This document shows, piece after piece, positions 24,953 to 39,162 of a stretch of DNA of 64,000 nucleotides (the first letter of the stretch is position 1; each line of letters opens with the position of its first letter). Source of the stretch: Mytilus edulis (Eukaryota); contig NC_092347.1 of NCBI RefSeq assembly GCF_963676685.1, forward strand, positions 25,482,001-25,546,000, given 5' to 3'. A program made the position numbers and the translations under genes. The notes below the pieces were generated by a model, which saw only the letters and a list, made by a program, of their open reading frames with translations, did no database searches and was not told the origin of the DNA.

Positions 24953-26097
24953 TCTATACTATTAAACGAGAAGACCTCATTTTGGGTGTCGCTTCTCTTC
25001 TTTCCACAACAAATTAATCAACACGCCTCTGTGTCCTATAGGTACAGTGCATAGTCGCATTTTTCATCCATTCATATGATTATTCAGATTGAGTTATTTT
25101 GGGATAAAATCGAGAAAAAGGGCATCCGGATATTGTCCCGTCATTGGACAAAATTTTAAGTCAGATTGCACTTCCGGTTTGCGTTTTTCTGTATACTTTG
25201 AACATACATATACTACGAATAAAGTGTATTTTCAGAACTCTATCTGCTATCACTTTCAAGTTTACTATCCACGGTGGTCACAGAGTTTATTAAATAGAGA
25301 GGGTCTGTATACTATATCAATGACCACCATGGATATATTAGAAAACTTAGAATTGAAAGTAAATACACTTTATTTATATAGTGAATGTTCATAATATACA
25401 GATAAGCGCTAAAATTATTCATGTGCACTTTTGATACCTTTTCTGAAATTCTCCAGTCATTAAATCTTTTACAAAATTCATTGATTACAAAAAAAAGAAG
25501 ATGTGGTATGACTGCCATGTTGACAACTCTCCGGGCCACAAGAGACCAAAATGACACAGAAATTAACAACTATAGGTCATCGTACGGCCTTCAACAACGA
25601 GCAAAGACCATACCGCATACTCAGCTTTAAAAGGCACCGAAATGAAAATGTAAAACAATTCAAACGAGAAAACTAGCGGCCTTATTTATGTACAAAAAAT
25701 GAACGAAAAACAAATGTGTAACGCATAAACAAACGACAACCACTGAAGTACAGGCTCCTTACTTAAATGTTCATTTATGTACAAAAAATGAACGAAAAAC
25801 AAATATGTAACGCATAAACAAACGACAACCACTGAAGTACAGGCTCCTTACTTAAATGTTCATAACATACTAAATGTATATTCATATTGAAATTGGTAGA
25901 AAACCACACATTTGGGAATTTTGAAAATAAAGGAGGAGGGATTAAAAAAAACATTTTCCTGTCCCCAATAACCTATGATTTATGATAATTTTGCTGAAAT
26001 TCTCCAGTCATTCAATATTTCACAAAATTCTTCCAACAACACTTTACATACTTTAAACTACGCTCTGAATGCCCGCGATTTCGCGGGTGTGTTCTAG
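24953..26097 (+). mobile_element. Non-autonomous Helitron (1145 bp)
   Basis: 5' TCtatactatta; subterminal hairpin cccgcg-attt-cgcggg (26072-26087); 3' CTAG (26094-26097). Inserted between A and T with no TSD. Empty site in unit A at about 13305. Confidence 0.9.
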
Positions 26098-26735
26098 TAT
26101 ACTTAATAATTACACTAAGAAGCCTGACTAATGTGTAATCATTGACTCTGAGAATCTGCAAAGAAGGTTACGTTGCAAGAACTTATTGATAAGGAACTTT
26201 CCGTTGAAAATCTTCCTTAAAGTTTGGTATTTTTGTTGTTTTCCTTTTTTCAATTTATACTTCATTTAAATAACATTTGACTGTTAAATTAATTTACTTT
26301 ATATTCCTATATAATAACGTGTTTTTGATTGTCTCTACGTTTAACGTTTCTTCGCGAAAATGTACAAAATTGTATTATATATAGGTTTTTATTTAAGTTA
26401 CTATCAACCTTCAGTTTTATAAACTATGTTGTCAAAAGTTCTCTATATATTTAAAATACTCTAATCGCTGATTATATAATATGAATCAAATCATTAGAAC
26501 TGTTCCACTTGTATACAATAAATAAAGTAGACATAACTTTATACATATTGAGTTGAATGACATAGTTTTTACGTGTAGGTGGTCGGAAATACCATAGAAT
26601 TTTTAAAATAATGAAACCTTTTGTATATACTATTAAAGTAATATTGAAGGACTAAAGCACTTTTATATGCTAAACAGTATCAAAATAGTCATTAAATGCA
26701 TACATAGCACTTTATTTATGTATTTAAAAGTAGTA

Positions 26736-27061
26736 TACCTTGTGGATACATTATTATTCGTTGAATACCAATTTTTGTGGATTTCGTGGGTACAGGTGAA
26801 CCACGAATTCAAATGTTCAACGAATAACATATTCTAAATAGGCTTTGGAATTTCTCGCTACATTGAAGACCTGTTGGTGACCTTCTGCTGTTGTCTTTTC
26901 TATAGTCTGGTTGTTGTCTCTTTGACACATTCCCCATTTCCATTCTCAATTTTATTTCTATACATAGATTGTCAAAACCACGAAATCAAATATCAACAAA
27001 TATTCAAGTATTCGTCAATCCACGAAAATTGATACCCAAGAAAATAAATTAATCCACAGTA
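26736..27061. mobile_element. MITE (same family as 16781-16993) interrupted by a retroelement tail at 26847-26955
   Basis: tgtggatacatt...aatccacagta; empty site in unit A at about 13924. Confidence 0.8.
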
Positions 27062-30000
27062 TCTATTAATAAACATTTCCCATTTTCACAAATGTAATTC
27101 ACCGAATTAGACGTATTACCGGGTGTGTGCTATCGTGAACAACACGACGGGTTTCACATGTGGAGAAGAATCTGCTTACTCTCCGGAGCACCTGAGATAA
27201 CCACAGTTTTTTGTGGGGTTCCTGTTGCTTCATATTTCTTATTCTTTGTTGTGTTTTGTGCACTGTTGTTTGTCTTATTGTCTTTTTTTTAGCCATGGCG
27301 TAGTCAGTTTTTTTTCTACTAGTATATTTCGTCAATCTTTTTTTTAAATGTGTCTTAATTTATGGATCATCTTTTTTAGAGTTATAACCCAAGGCATAGA
27401 TGACTTTTATTGTATTTGGCAATTATTTTCGGAATTTTTGTTCTAAAATCATCCTTTCATCCTTTGAAGTTTTTATACTCCATACAACATACATTATCGC
27501 CCAGATGTTTTTATCATTTTAACTGTCGTTACACATTTTAACGGAGTGGGTTGTAGGCGTTCAGTGCATCTATATGGCAATAACTGAGAAGCCCTTTTGG
27601 ACCCTGGAATTCAAAAATTAAAAAGTATTATTAATCTGCCGTATAACATCCTTCAGATGATAACAAGACTTTAGTCTGTCGAACATCAATATATATGAAC
27701 AGTACTAATCTACAGTTTGGAGTTTATCTTTTATAATGGTATAAGAGCTTAAAATGTCTTTAAATAAGGATGGTGAAATTTGGACCATGCGCGAAATGGT
27801 TATTTTATGTCAAATTCGTATATTTCAACATATCTATTACACAAAAGTGACATCGCAAGAATTCTTGCTGCACTAAAATTTGAAATGAAAGCAACTGGGT
27901 TTGGATAACTTTACTATTTTTCAAAAAGTTCGAGGGCCAAATGTTGGCACACGGGAAACTTATGTTGAAAATTATAATTCTATGTTAACATGTTAAGCTG
28001 GAAAAGATTTTATATCATCAATTTAACACTACTGGGATTTAGAAAGGGTCTGTGAAAAAATGGTTGGCAGGAGTGGTTCAATCACTTTCATGACTCTATC
28101 TTGTAAGACATACATGTGGACAACTCTACTTTTTGTGCTCACATCAGCAAAGAGTCTGTTGAGACACTTACTATTATGAATTTTGTTATAAGAGACTAAC
28201 AACGATATTAGCTTTCTTTATAAGTTTCTGAATACTAGTATTAGCGTAGGATTGTGGAATAAAGAAATTATAGAACAGTTGGTACAATTGTATTCAAATC
28301 AGAATCATATGAAGACAGTCTGTTTATTTGGCTATAATCAATGCTATAGTCCAATGAACATTTTGATGATTGATATATATTACAATAACTTCTTGCGCTG
28401 AGATGATTGACAAGTAACAAAATTTGTGTAATTGGACAGAAAAGATTCGTTACTACCCACAAACAAAGTAAGCGATAGGGTCCTCTCACTGCCTTACGAA
28501 AATACCTTTTTTCATAGTTAATGACCTCTGTGTGACTTTTGGTGGTAATACTTTACCAGACAAACTTCAAATAGGATTATACTAGGTGTGTCGATAGTGT
28601 ATAATGCATCTCCCGTCATGCGATTCCAATGTAATCACTAGCAATAATATCAAGAGACAAGTGCACTGGTATACATCATAAAATATGATTTGAATAGTTT
28701 TAATAATGGAGGTGGTCGGAAATCCCAGGTTTTTTTATCCAAATCACAAGACGTGTTTTCAGGCTTTCATAAATATTAATTATATTTTGAAATTTCAAAG
28801 CATTATCCTTACATTTTTATTTATATTATATACATAGTATATATACACTTTATATCTAAACTTTATTGCGCGTCTTGCACGAATACATAATTTCAATCCT
28901 GGTATATATGATGAGTTTAATGACATTGTCATTTGTATTTTTTTTGTGTGAAGATGCAGTCTGAATAATTAAAGGAAAATAAAAACCCAAATAAAATAGA
29001 TGTTTTAATTAACTCTGAATGCCCCATGAAGTCGTTCCTTCCAAATATTTTTTTTTTTAAACAATGTGTGTTGATTGCCACAGTATATTATTATATGAAA
29101 CCTCCTCAACAGTATGTCTCATCCTGAAATGCAGTTCAAGCCAGTTGTCTATGTTTGAATTTGGTTGTGTTATATATCATTTAATACATAAGACATATTT
29201 CCCGATTGTTTTAATGTATAATAAAGTAAAAGAATCGAGTCTTGGAGTTAAATTATTTGAAAAATGTAAAAGAAATAAAAGTAACCATGATAGCATGCAA
29301 AAGCAGTATTTGAAATATAAATAAAATTCAATAATTGCTTTACATTTCATAATGCAAAAAAATATTTGTGGTTGCTAGCGCATAATCATTAACATTTAGG
29401 TCCAAGTCTTGTAATTACTAACCTCTATATTATTTAAACTTCTATAAACGTGTTACAATTTGAAAAAGAAACGTGCACTTACGTTAATTAAATGCAATCA
29501 TTAATATATTCTTGGAGATCTAATCAACTGGAATAATCTTTGATGTGTCAAGACTGTTAGATAATAAAAATACTTTGATCATACATTTTGTTAAGTTGAT
29601 ATCTCATTGGCGTATACCCTACATTTTTGTATATGAATTTAGATCTGAACCTAAGGCAGAAAAAAACATTTCAAATTTGATTGATTTTTTACTATTTCTG
29701 AAGAGAAGGTTCACAAAAAATGACTGCAGGGATAATATTTTAGTACTCCGAACCCGCATTTTGTCCACAACTATTTTAAGAATCATTTGTGACGCTTAAA
29801 TTAAAACAGTTGAAAGGTAAAGCCAATGACAAAGTATACCAGTTCATTCGTTTGCAAATTACATAACAGGTTAGTAACATAAAACGTTTGGTGGAAGTGT
29901 TTTAAAACCAACTGTCAACATCTTTATGGAAACCAATCGTATCAGTCTTATAGCCACTGTGTGCGTTTTTTTGTTTTTGTTCGAGGGTGTCTTAAACAAG

Positions 30001-30940
30001 AGCTCATGAATAAGAAGAGCAAGAAATTAGCAAAAGTCTTGAACATAACGTTTCGCCATAAAGACAATATCTTCTCATGTAATAATTCAATGTTAAAGAT
30101 AAAGTGTTGATCTGCTACATTTTTTTTACTTCTAACAAGACATTGACAGTACGGGTAAATCGACAACTAAATTTCCCCCCTTTGGAACTTTTTATTTTTC
30201 ATTAACAGAACATTCATATAGAAACCTGCATATTGACGTATATTTATAATTCAGTAGACCGTATTCAAAGGAACCATTGAACTATATTGCAGTGATTTCT
30301 TCCAAACTGTTACCTTCACCACCAACGTCTAATCGGTTTATGGGTAGGGATTATCTGTATCACCGATGACCATACATTTCATCAAGTCAGTAACATATGG
30401 CCTTTGTTGGTCTTGTTCATTTTTTTTTATCGTTAATCTACTTGTCATAAAAATTAGCCTAAATTAAAATTAGCGGCAAATAGGGTTTTTGTTAATAATA
30501 TAACAAGTCTTTTTCATCATTGTTAATTGCACCTCTGTTTAAGGACAGAAAACTCTAAAAGCTTTCATATACATCATATATAACTTACCCAAGGCTTTGT
30601 GGTATGAAGTGACACGTGGCACGAACGTTGTTTCCAATTTAGATGTTTCTATGTTTGAAAGCACCTTTATAACCTTTGCTAATAATACGTGTGATATGAG
30701 ATAAAAAAATAGTGGTTAGAATCCTTAATTGTTATTACATATTAAAAAGATTTCAACTGATATTAGTTTGAGATATAGATCAACCAATAAACCCTTATAT
30801 CGGCGATGACATTTTTTCTAGTACGCTGGTTATATAACTGAGGCATGCGATTTTTGCTTTATGAAAAAACCAATAACCAGTTCACGGTAAACTTTTAAAC
30901 AACCAAACGTGAATTCAATTATAAAATATGATTGTTTTCA

Positions 30941-31635
30941 AGGGGTACTAGCTACGAGATATATGAAAAATATAAAATATGATTTTTTGGTTCAATCAGT
31001 AATGAAAGTGAAAAAGTGAAATAATATGTTGCATTTAGCAGCCAGTATATATGTTTTAATTTTGTCAAAATAAGCTAAGAAACATTGATGATGACTTATT
31101 AACTTGCAACTGAATAATTAGACCTCATGGAATCCGTATTCATGTGAACTTCAATTTAAACGCTTAGCTAGAGATGGATAGCGCATGCATTGTGCGTGTT
31201 CAATTAAGGATAATAATGTCAACATTGAAAGTGAAACAAAGGTTAATCCTTTGATTGACTGTTTCGATTCACAAACAAAATCATTGTTATACAGGTAAAA
31301 ACGATAATTTATATATATTTCTTATCTTAAATAAGAAATTAAACAGACATGGAAAAAACCAAATGAACGAGTCTGATATCTATTTATGTCTATATTTTTA
31401 TTTATATCGCTTATATGGCAGTCGGAGGTATTTGGAGATCAACTCGATAATAAATTAGATGGCGTCTAGACTAAAATGCACACAAAAAAGCTTCATATTT
31501 TCGATCCCATGTCCGGTATATTGTTTATTTTAGACTTTTTTTTTATAATTTTGATAAATGTTTTACATTGTTATAAATCTAATATTAGAATTTGAGTCAA
31601 ATCGGTGAACATCAATTTGACATCTAACGCCACTT
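30941..31635. mobile_element. Non-autonomous DNA transposon, possibly Kolobok-like, unit-B-specific
   Basis: Begins aggggtactagct where unit A has ttttaa (about 18616-18620). A degenerate inverted terminus (atctaacgccact) lies near 31622-31634. Superfamily assignment is tentative. Confidence 0.5.
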
Positions 31636-33227
31636 TGAACGCCACTTTTAAGCGTCACTTTTGGGCTATGTCGTGGCGGCCAGTTTTTATCGCTGGAGGA
31701 AGACGGAGTAGAGTGCCCGGAGAAAACCACCAACTTTCTACACTATGAATGTTTACAAAATGAAAATGCTGACTGACTAATAGAATTTATTTAAATCCAA
31801 ACGTATGAACATTCGTCTAAACAGTTGAAATATTGGTCTAAACATGCCATTATAAATGATGTCCTTATGTTTTAGTCTCGGTTAATGTCTTCCTTTTGAC
31901 GATCCTACTTGCATTTCTCTTTATTCGTAGATAAAAAAAACTAAAACATAGAACAAATCTCGTATCTAGACGACATCGATTTACACGGAAATATCAAAAA
32001 GGTCGTTGTCATTTCGGGAGTTCAGTATCCATTTAATGCTTAAAAAGGGTCATCGATTTATCTTATCTTATCAATATGAATTTTGTTGTTATTACTAGAA
32101 ACAGTCAACTTTTTATACTTAAGCTGTTTTGGTAAATAGAAAATTTTACCACGAATCAATTGACACAATATGGTTTTATTTTTCCTATATCGTTCAACTA
32201 TTTTATATTTAACAGAAACATAAACAAAATTATTTTCATAAAGTGGACTTTGATATTTTTTATAACAGTTAAATACTTTATAAATGTTAGTGAAGTTAAC
32301 TTTGTAAGTATTGACATTACCCATTGATTTTAATCTTTCCAAAATCAACGACATAAAAAATCTTAATATCAACAATAGTTTGTTAAAAATTGGAAATTTG
32401 GCAAATGTTACAACTTCGCATGGGTGTAAATCCAGAAAAGCATTTTGAACCGGCACCAAATTTAGACATTTTTTTTTTACTTGCACTAGATAGATACCGC
32501 TGCTTAAGGACTGTATGTCTACGATGGTATTGTGACGGGATTGCTTCTATCTTCTGGCCCTCATTTTAAGTTGACCGTTTATGGATTTGAGACTTTAAGA
32601 CAACATTGGGCCAATACATTTGTGGGTGATCTAAGATCAATCAGTTTAAATCCACAAACATTTCTTTCTCAATTAAACAAAAGTTCCATAAGTATTAAAT
32701 CCATATTCACTTTATGATTAATATTTTGATAGCCATTTCGGCCAGGTTAACTTTAAGTGATTTGAACGAGGTTACCCCTATACGGTTACCATGAAAATTC
32801 TATCGGAGAAACAATGATTGACATCTTTATGATGTTTTTGTTTTTAGACGGAGATCAATATTCTCATTATGCTACCAAAAATCCATTTATATTTAATCTT
32901 TTCAATCTTTGTCTATATTATATCTTAATACCTGTCACTATAGAATTGTTGTTGTTTACAAGCTGAACTTTTCATTAAGATGAAAATAGTGTTTATCTCC
33001 ATTCTAATTCCTAGCAGAGTTTCGGTCTGGAAGAAAAGTACTACTAATTCGTCTATCATACATTATGCGGTGGTGTACTTTTACCGCTTCATGTTTGTTA
33101 TTGGATAACAGCATTGATATGGCGTAAAGAGAAAAAATGACCGACCATCATCATATTCTGTAGCTAGTTTAAAGCCGTATGTAACAAGTTACTGGTAATT
33201 GTACTGTCCTCGGTGAACGGTTTTATT

Positions 33228-33695
33228 CTTTTGTAGACGGAACGCGAGTCTGACGCAAAAACAAAATTTCAATCCTGGATCCTGGTATCTATGATGAGTA
33301 TATTTACAACCTCTGGGTCGATGCCACTGCTGGTGGAGTTTTTATCCCCCCCCCCCCCCCCCCCCCGAGGTTATCACAAGTGCAGTAGTCAGCACTTCTG
33401 TGTTGACATGAATTATCATGATTAGTGATAATTATGAATTAACTGTTTTCAAAATAAATTTATTTTTGAAATTCTAATAAAAGCTTTTCTTCCTCAGAAA
33501 TAGATTACATTAACTGTACTAGTCAAGGCTTTTATGAATTTTTGGTGCTCAATGCTCTCCAACTTCTTATTTTATTGGCCCTTTTTAACTTTCTTTTTTT
33601 TTAATTCGAGCGTCAATGATGAGTCTTTTGTAGACGAAACATGCGTCTTGTGTAAATAAAAAAATCAATACTGGTATTCATGATGAGTACATTTA
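33228..33695 (+). mobile_element. Retrozyme, ~1.2 monomers, two decayed hammerheads, internal C21 run; unit-B-specific
   Basis: ttttgtagacggaacgcgagtctgacgc (33229) and gagcgtcaatgatgagtcttttgtagacgaaacatgcgtc (about 33608). Units A and C lack it. Confidence 0.85.
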
Positions 33696-34409
33696 TGACA
33701 TTTATAACCGTGATCCATAGTGTATGATCGACAACAATTTAGTCATTTAGTGATTGATGATCGAAAGCTTTGACTATTAAAACTTTCGGGTATAGATGCC
33801 GAAGTTAACTTTTTCATTCGTTGTTATTTTTCGTTTGCGATCGCCGAATATCTAACTTTAGATGTGTGTTTTTAAATACCGTTGCTCACGGAAAAGATAT
33901 CGGCGAAGTACGGGATGACAATATTTCAATAGCTGTACATTTCCCGAAGATTTTCATAAAATAAAGGTTTATCGTTAATAGAAAGTATAATTATGCAAAA
34001 AGTAAAATCACAAAAATACTGAACTTAGAGGAAGATCAATTGGGAAAGTCCATAATCACATGGCAAAATCAAATAACAAAACGCATCAAAAACGAATGGA
34101 CAAAAACTGTCATATTCCTGACTTGGTACAGGCATTTTCAAATGTAGAAAATGGTGGATTAAACCTGGTTCTATAGCGCTAACCCTCTCACTTTAACATA
34201 TCTTGTGACGAAAATTTTCCATTGAGTTATATAAAGCATATCCATTTTACTGTTAGATTAGAAGGATCGTATGACCACGATGACATGTTCATTCGTTTGC
34301 AAATTTTATGAATGCATATTTGGAGCAAATTAAAACTTGTGTATTTTAAAAGTACATGATAAAATGTTTTGCTTTTATTTATTTGTAATGTTTAAGAGTT
34401 TAGATGCAA

Positions 34410-35450
34410 ATAGACATCTTCTTTATATCTTGCACTGGATAGATACTGCTGATATACTGTATATCACCGATGGTATCATCAGCTTAAAAGTCAGTGCTTC
34501 GGTACTAACATGATTTTTTAACATATCTGTACCTTTCTAAATTCTCTTCGAAAATCATGGGGAATGTAAGGTGTCAACTCCCTAATCTAAAGTTGACCTT
34601 TGATAGATTTGAGACTTTAAGACAACATTGAACCAATACATCTGTCGGTGATCTAAGATCAAGCAATTTAAATCTGTAAACATTTCTTTCTCAATTTAAC
34701 AAAAGTTCTATGAGTATTAAATCTGTATTCACTTTATGATCAATATTTTAATAATCATTTAGGCCAGGAAAACTTTAAGTGATTTGAACGTAATTATCCC
34801 TATACGGTTATCACAAATTGTATCGCGGAATCAATGAAATTGACAGCCATGTGATGTCTTTGTTTTTTTTCGAAGTTTAATATTCTGCTCATGCTTAAAT
34901 TCCTTCATGTTTTATCTTTTCAATCTTTGTCTATGAATCTTCATACCTGCACTGTCACTATAAAATTGTTGATGTTTACAAGTTGAACTTTTCATTTAGA
35001 TTTATTTACATGTGAAGCTAGTGTTTATCTTGATTCTAATTCTTAACCGATTTTCGGTCTGGAGGTACACGCGATATAGGAAAGTACAATGAATTCCTCT
35101 ATACATTATGCTATGGTGTCCTTTATTGCTGCATGTATGCTACTGATTTACAGCGTTGCGATGGTGTAAAGAGAAAAAATGGCCGACCATCATATTGTGT
35201 AGCTGGTTTAAAGTTACTGGTAATTGAAATATCCTCCGTGAACGGCTTTTTGACATTTATATCGAATCCATAATGTATTATCGACAACAATTAAGTCATT
35301 CGGTGAATGATGTTCGAGAACTTTGACTGTTAAAACTTTCGGGTATTGATGCCGAAGTTGACCTTTTCATTCGTCGTTGTTTCTCATTTGCTATCGCCGA
35401 ATATATAACGTTGTCTAAGTACGGGAAGACAATATTTTAATAACAGAAAG
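34410..35450 (+). repeat. Partial third copy (unit C) of the distal ~1.3 kb of the duplicated unit
   Basis: Matches 20550-21910 and 32460-33930, e.g. gtcggtgatctaagatcaag and tgtttacaagttgaacttttcatt. 36280-36380 also matches 34280-34400. Confidence 0.85.
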
Positions 35451-36553
35451 TTGATGGAACGGGGTTATGTCGAAGACTGTCTCGTCCCTTTTCTTTAAAA
35501 TAAATTACCCGGTACATCGGAAGATATCCAGACATTGTTGATAAATATGCCTTATTAACTTCACAATAATACTCGATGGTCTAGGTTCTAGTTACTGACG
35601 TTGTTTACCATCTTTATTACGTGTAATAGTGGTATATTATTTGTCTGTGTATATTATTAACATTAACTGTTGGGTCATTTTGGGTGATGTCCATATGACG
35701 TGGCTCGGTACTAAAACATCCCGTCATTGTCATATTGTGCTATGGAACATTTTTGTGTTCTTTTATTTTGTTTCGTACTTTGTTTATATTATTTTCTGTT
35801 TTTCTTTGTCGACATATTTGTCAAACAAGTGAGAGTTTTACTAGCTATAAAACAAAGTTTAATCAACAATTTTCTATATCAGTAAATGCCTGTACCGAGT
35901 CAGGAATATAAAAGTTGTAATCCATTCGTTTTTTGAGCTTTAGATTTTGCCATTGGATTATGTACCTTCCGTTTTGAGTTTTCCTCGGAGTTCGGTATTG
36001 TTTCTTGTTACTTTTTATGAAAATGAATTACCGATTGTTAATGACGTATATGTCTAATATTGGCCCTCATACCACATCTTCTTATATATAATAACAACGA
36101 TATGAAAATCGATACATCATATATGCTACTATCAAATGAACGCCTTTCAAGAAATAACAACGAAAAAAGCATTCAGAATACCCAATTGTCAGGTTTCTGC
36201 CCCAAGTCCTAAATCTTTCAAGGCTCAGCTCAATCAGTAAATTAAATGACATGTTTTATTTGCACCTGTATACTATGAACATGATGACATGTTCTTTCGT
36301 TTGAAAATTATGAATAAAACTTTACAGTAAATGAAAACTTATGTACTTTAAAAGTACATGCTTTCATTTATTTGTAGTGTACAAGTGTTTCTTATTAATT
36401 CATATAATAGTAAACCCTTTTTATTTGATTACTGATTATGAAACTGGATTATGCAGTGTAAGTATTTACTAACGGGTGTTTCTTAAATAATTCAAAGTAC
36501 TTGTTAAAAGTTGTTTAAATAATACTGCTTTTCAACCAAATGAATTTAATTGA

Positions 36554-36995
36554 CACAAAAAGAAATCTTGCGCAAGTGTTAATCTTTAATTGAATATTTC
36601 ACCCTAGGCAATAAAAATGCAAATAATTTGTCCGCTGTGTGGCCAGATAAAGTGCCATATTTACCATAACGTAAAAACGAATTAAAATACATCCCATTTC
36701 AGTGCCATCTTCACTATTGTTCAAATGAACGTTTTGTTTTGGAAAATATTTTGGTATTGAAAGTAAAGTCGACAAAAAGAAATCTTGCGCAAGTGTTAAT
36801 CTTTAGTTGAATATTTCACCCTAGGCAATAAAAATGTAAATAATTTGTCCGCTGTGTGGCCAGATAAAGTGCCATATTTACCATAACGTATAACGAATTA
36901 AAATACATCCAATTTCAGTGACATCTTCACTATTGTTCAAATGAACGTTTTGTTTTGGAAAATATTTTGGTATTGAAAGTTAAGTCGACAAAAGA
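36554..36995 (+). repeat. Recent tandem duplication, 2 x ~217 bp
   Basis: caaaaagaaatcttgcgcaagtg at 36556 and 36773; the copies are nearly identical. Confidence 0.9.
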
Positions 36996-39015
36996 ACAGA
37001 AATCAGTGTACGTACGGTATGTTATTTTCATAGAGAGTTCGAAGTTGAAAAAAACACATATACATCGTAAAAATGTTCAAATCTAATGTTTACCACTTAA
37101 CGAATGTATGAAGAGACAAATAAACGGATCATCATATGCCATAACAGAGCCTGCAACATCGCATATACAGGGGACAAAAGGGGGGATTGAGACAGAAAAA
37201 AACCCAGAAGAGAAACGAATAGTAATAAAACTGACTAAGCTCAAAACTATTGGACTTAAAGTAAATTTAAGACAAGGACTCCAACGAGGACACCAAGACA
37301 GACATAATATGTTATGACGAAAAGTGACAGCGAATAAAACTACTAATGTGGATTGTAAGACATCTCATAAATACATCTTTCAGTTTGTCTGGAAGAGTTA
37401 TCTCCCGTCAAGCAGAGAATAAAACATAGGTATACTATTCTTTCGAAAAGTACTTATATTTATTATTTGTAGTTGTAACTGAGCTGTTAAAAGAGACAAA
37501 CATGACCCTATCACGTCATAGAATATTTTAACAGACGATCGTAAATTAAACAAAATACTTTTTTTTTACATTATTATGTAGCACTTATGCACTGCGCTCC
37601 CCTGAAGCACAAGACTTGTTGGCTGTCTTGAAGAATTCTTGACAACCGTGCATACTATTTGACAGGTTTATAGCAAGTAAATAAAATATATGATCTCACA
37701 AAGTTAAAGGGTGCCTTCGCATGGGTTGGAAAATCCACCTTAATATAAAAGACCTTTGACTTAATTCACTTTCATGTAATGATTTATGGACTTCGTGTTT
37801 CTATGTGAATTCAAAGTTAACCGATTGAAATCGGTTCGAACTTATATTAATCGTTTCGTACGACAAAAATAAAGAAACCATCATAATGTATAAGAGAGAG
37901 ATTTATTTGCCATATCGAAATGTATTGTATAGTTAGCTTTTTGAAATCATAATTAAAAAAAAAATCGTCCGAAGTTCACGGGAGTTCTTTGTTGCAGATG
38001 TAAACAACTAGAAGTATTGTATTGTGATACTTTGTGAATTTTTATATAGAAAGGCATTCATAACGAATCAACTAAATTGTTAAAATGCGGAATAGAAAAT
38101 AATTATAGATGTCAAAAATTAAATTAATTGAATACACTAAAATTGATATTTTGGTAACGAAAACATATCTTTCTGTTAACAACGGAATAGTTGAACAATT
38201 TCTGTAAATCAAAATGTGTTTTACGCATAATACATAAATATGCTCTTCTCTTTCACTATCTATTAGTTTATGTAATTAACAATAAATCCTACTATCAATT
38301 ATAATATTTAAACATATTGAAGACTGCATGTAAAATTCTACATGCTTCAGGTTATTTTTGTCTTGGGGTTGCTTTAACGCCACTCAGAGTCCTTTTTAAT
38401 TATTCCTTGGAAGGTTTTATCACAAGCTCTCAGGTTACTTAAAGAACAAATTGTACTCAGAATTTTTAGTTATGCAAGTTTCAATCGACAGATATTTATT
38501 GTCTACAGTTAGATGTCTCTTGCACCATATATATATGAATTCGAAGTTTTATACGACACAGAACCAGCAATTTTATTCTAGATATGAGTGTTTGAAACCT
38601 AGACCTTTTGTGTATTTTTGTATTTAACGTGTTCGGGGAATCATGTATACCACACCATATTTATATAGAATTCACTATAAGTTGTCATTTTCTTAAAATG
38701 ATAATTTTCTTATGTTCACATAGGATAATCTGTTGTCCGAGAATTTCGAGAACATCCGAGAATTTCATATCTATGCCTGCATATATTCTACGCGATACTT
38801 AAATAAAGGCAACAGTAGTATACCGTTGTTCGAAACTCATAAATCGATACAGAAAAAACTGTTTTTATAACTTTTGCTTTCAACTCACTGCAGCTCAGTA
38901 GTATTTTGCTGTTTATTTTAGTTTCTTCGTTCGTTTTGTTTGACAAATAAATAAAGCCTTCTCTGAGGTACATTAGAAGTTCATGTTTATAGATATCATG
39001 TACTTTAATGGAGAA

Positions 39016-39162
39016 GTAAACAGAATAATATATTTCCTAGTAACCTATAATAACAACACATCAAGTTAATATTCTCCAAACAAAGAAAGTGTATATTTCC
39101 TGGCAACCTATATAGTTATAAACTCTTTGACACCATTGATCTGCACTATTCATATTGTTTAC
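39016..39162 (+). promoter_or_regulatory. Candidate RFX X-box plus forkhead motif cluster
   Basis: tttcctagtaac (39033-39044), tttcctggcaac (39096-39107), gtaaaca (39016-39022), tgtttac (39156-39162; another at 39333-39339). Confidence 0.45.

Larger units (their letters stand above)
22325..34310 (+). repeat. Segmental tandem duplication, unit B (~12 kb)
   Basis: Collinear with unit A; differs by substitutions and by copy-specific transposon insertions. Confidence 0.92.

Noticed and set aside
32058-32486. 142-aa minus-strand ORF
   Set aside because: AT-rich composition, overlaps a decayed retrozyme, no recognisable domain, and no equivalent ORF is listed for the unit-A paralogue.
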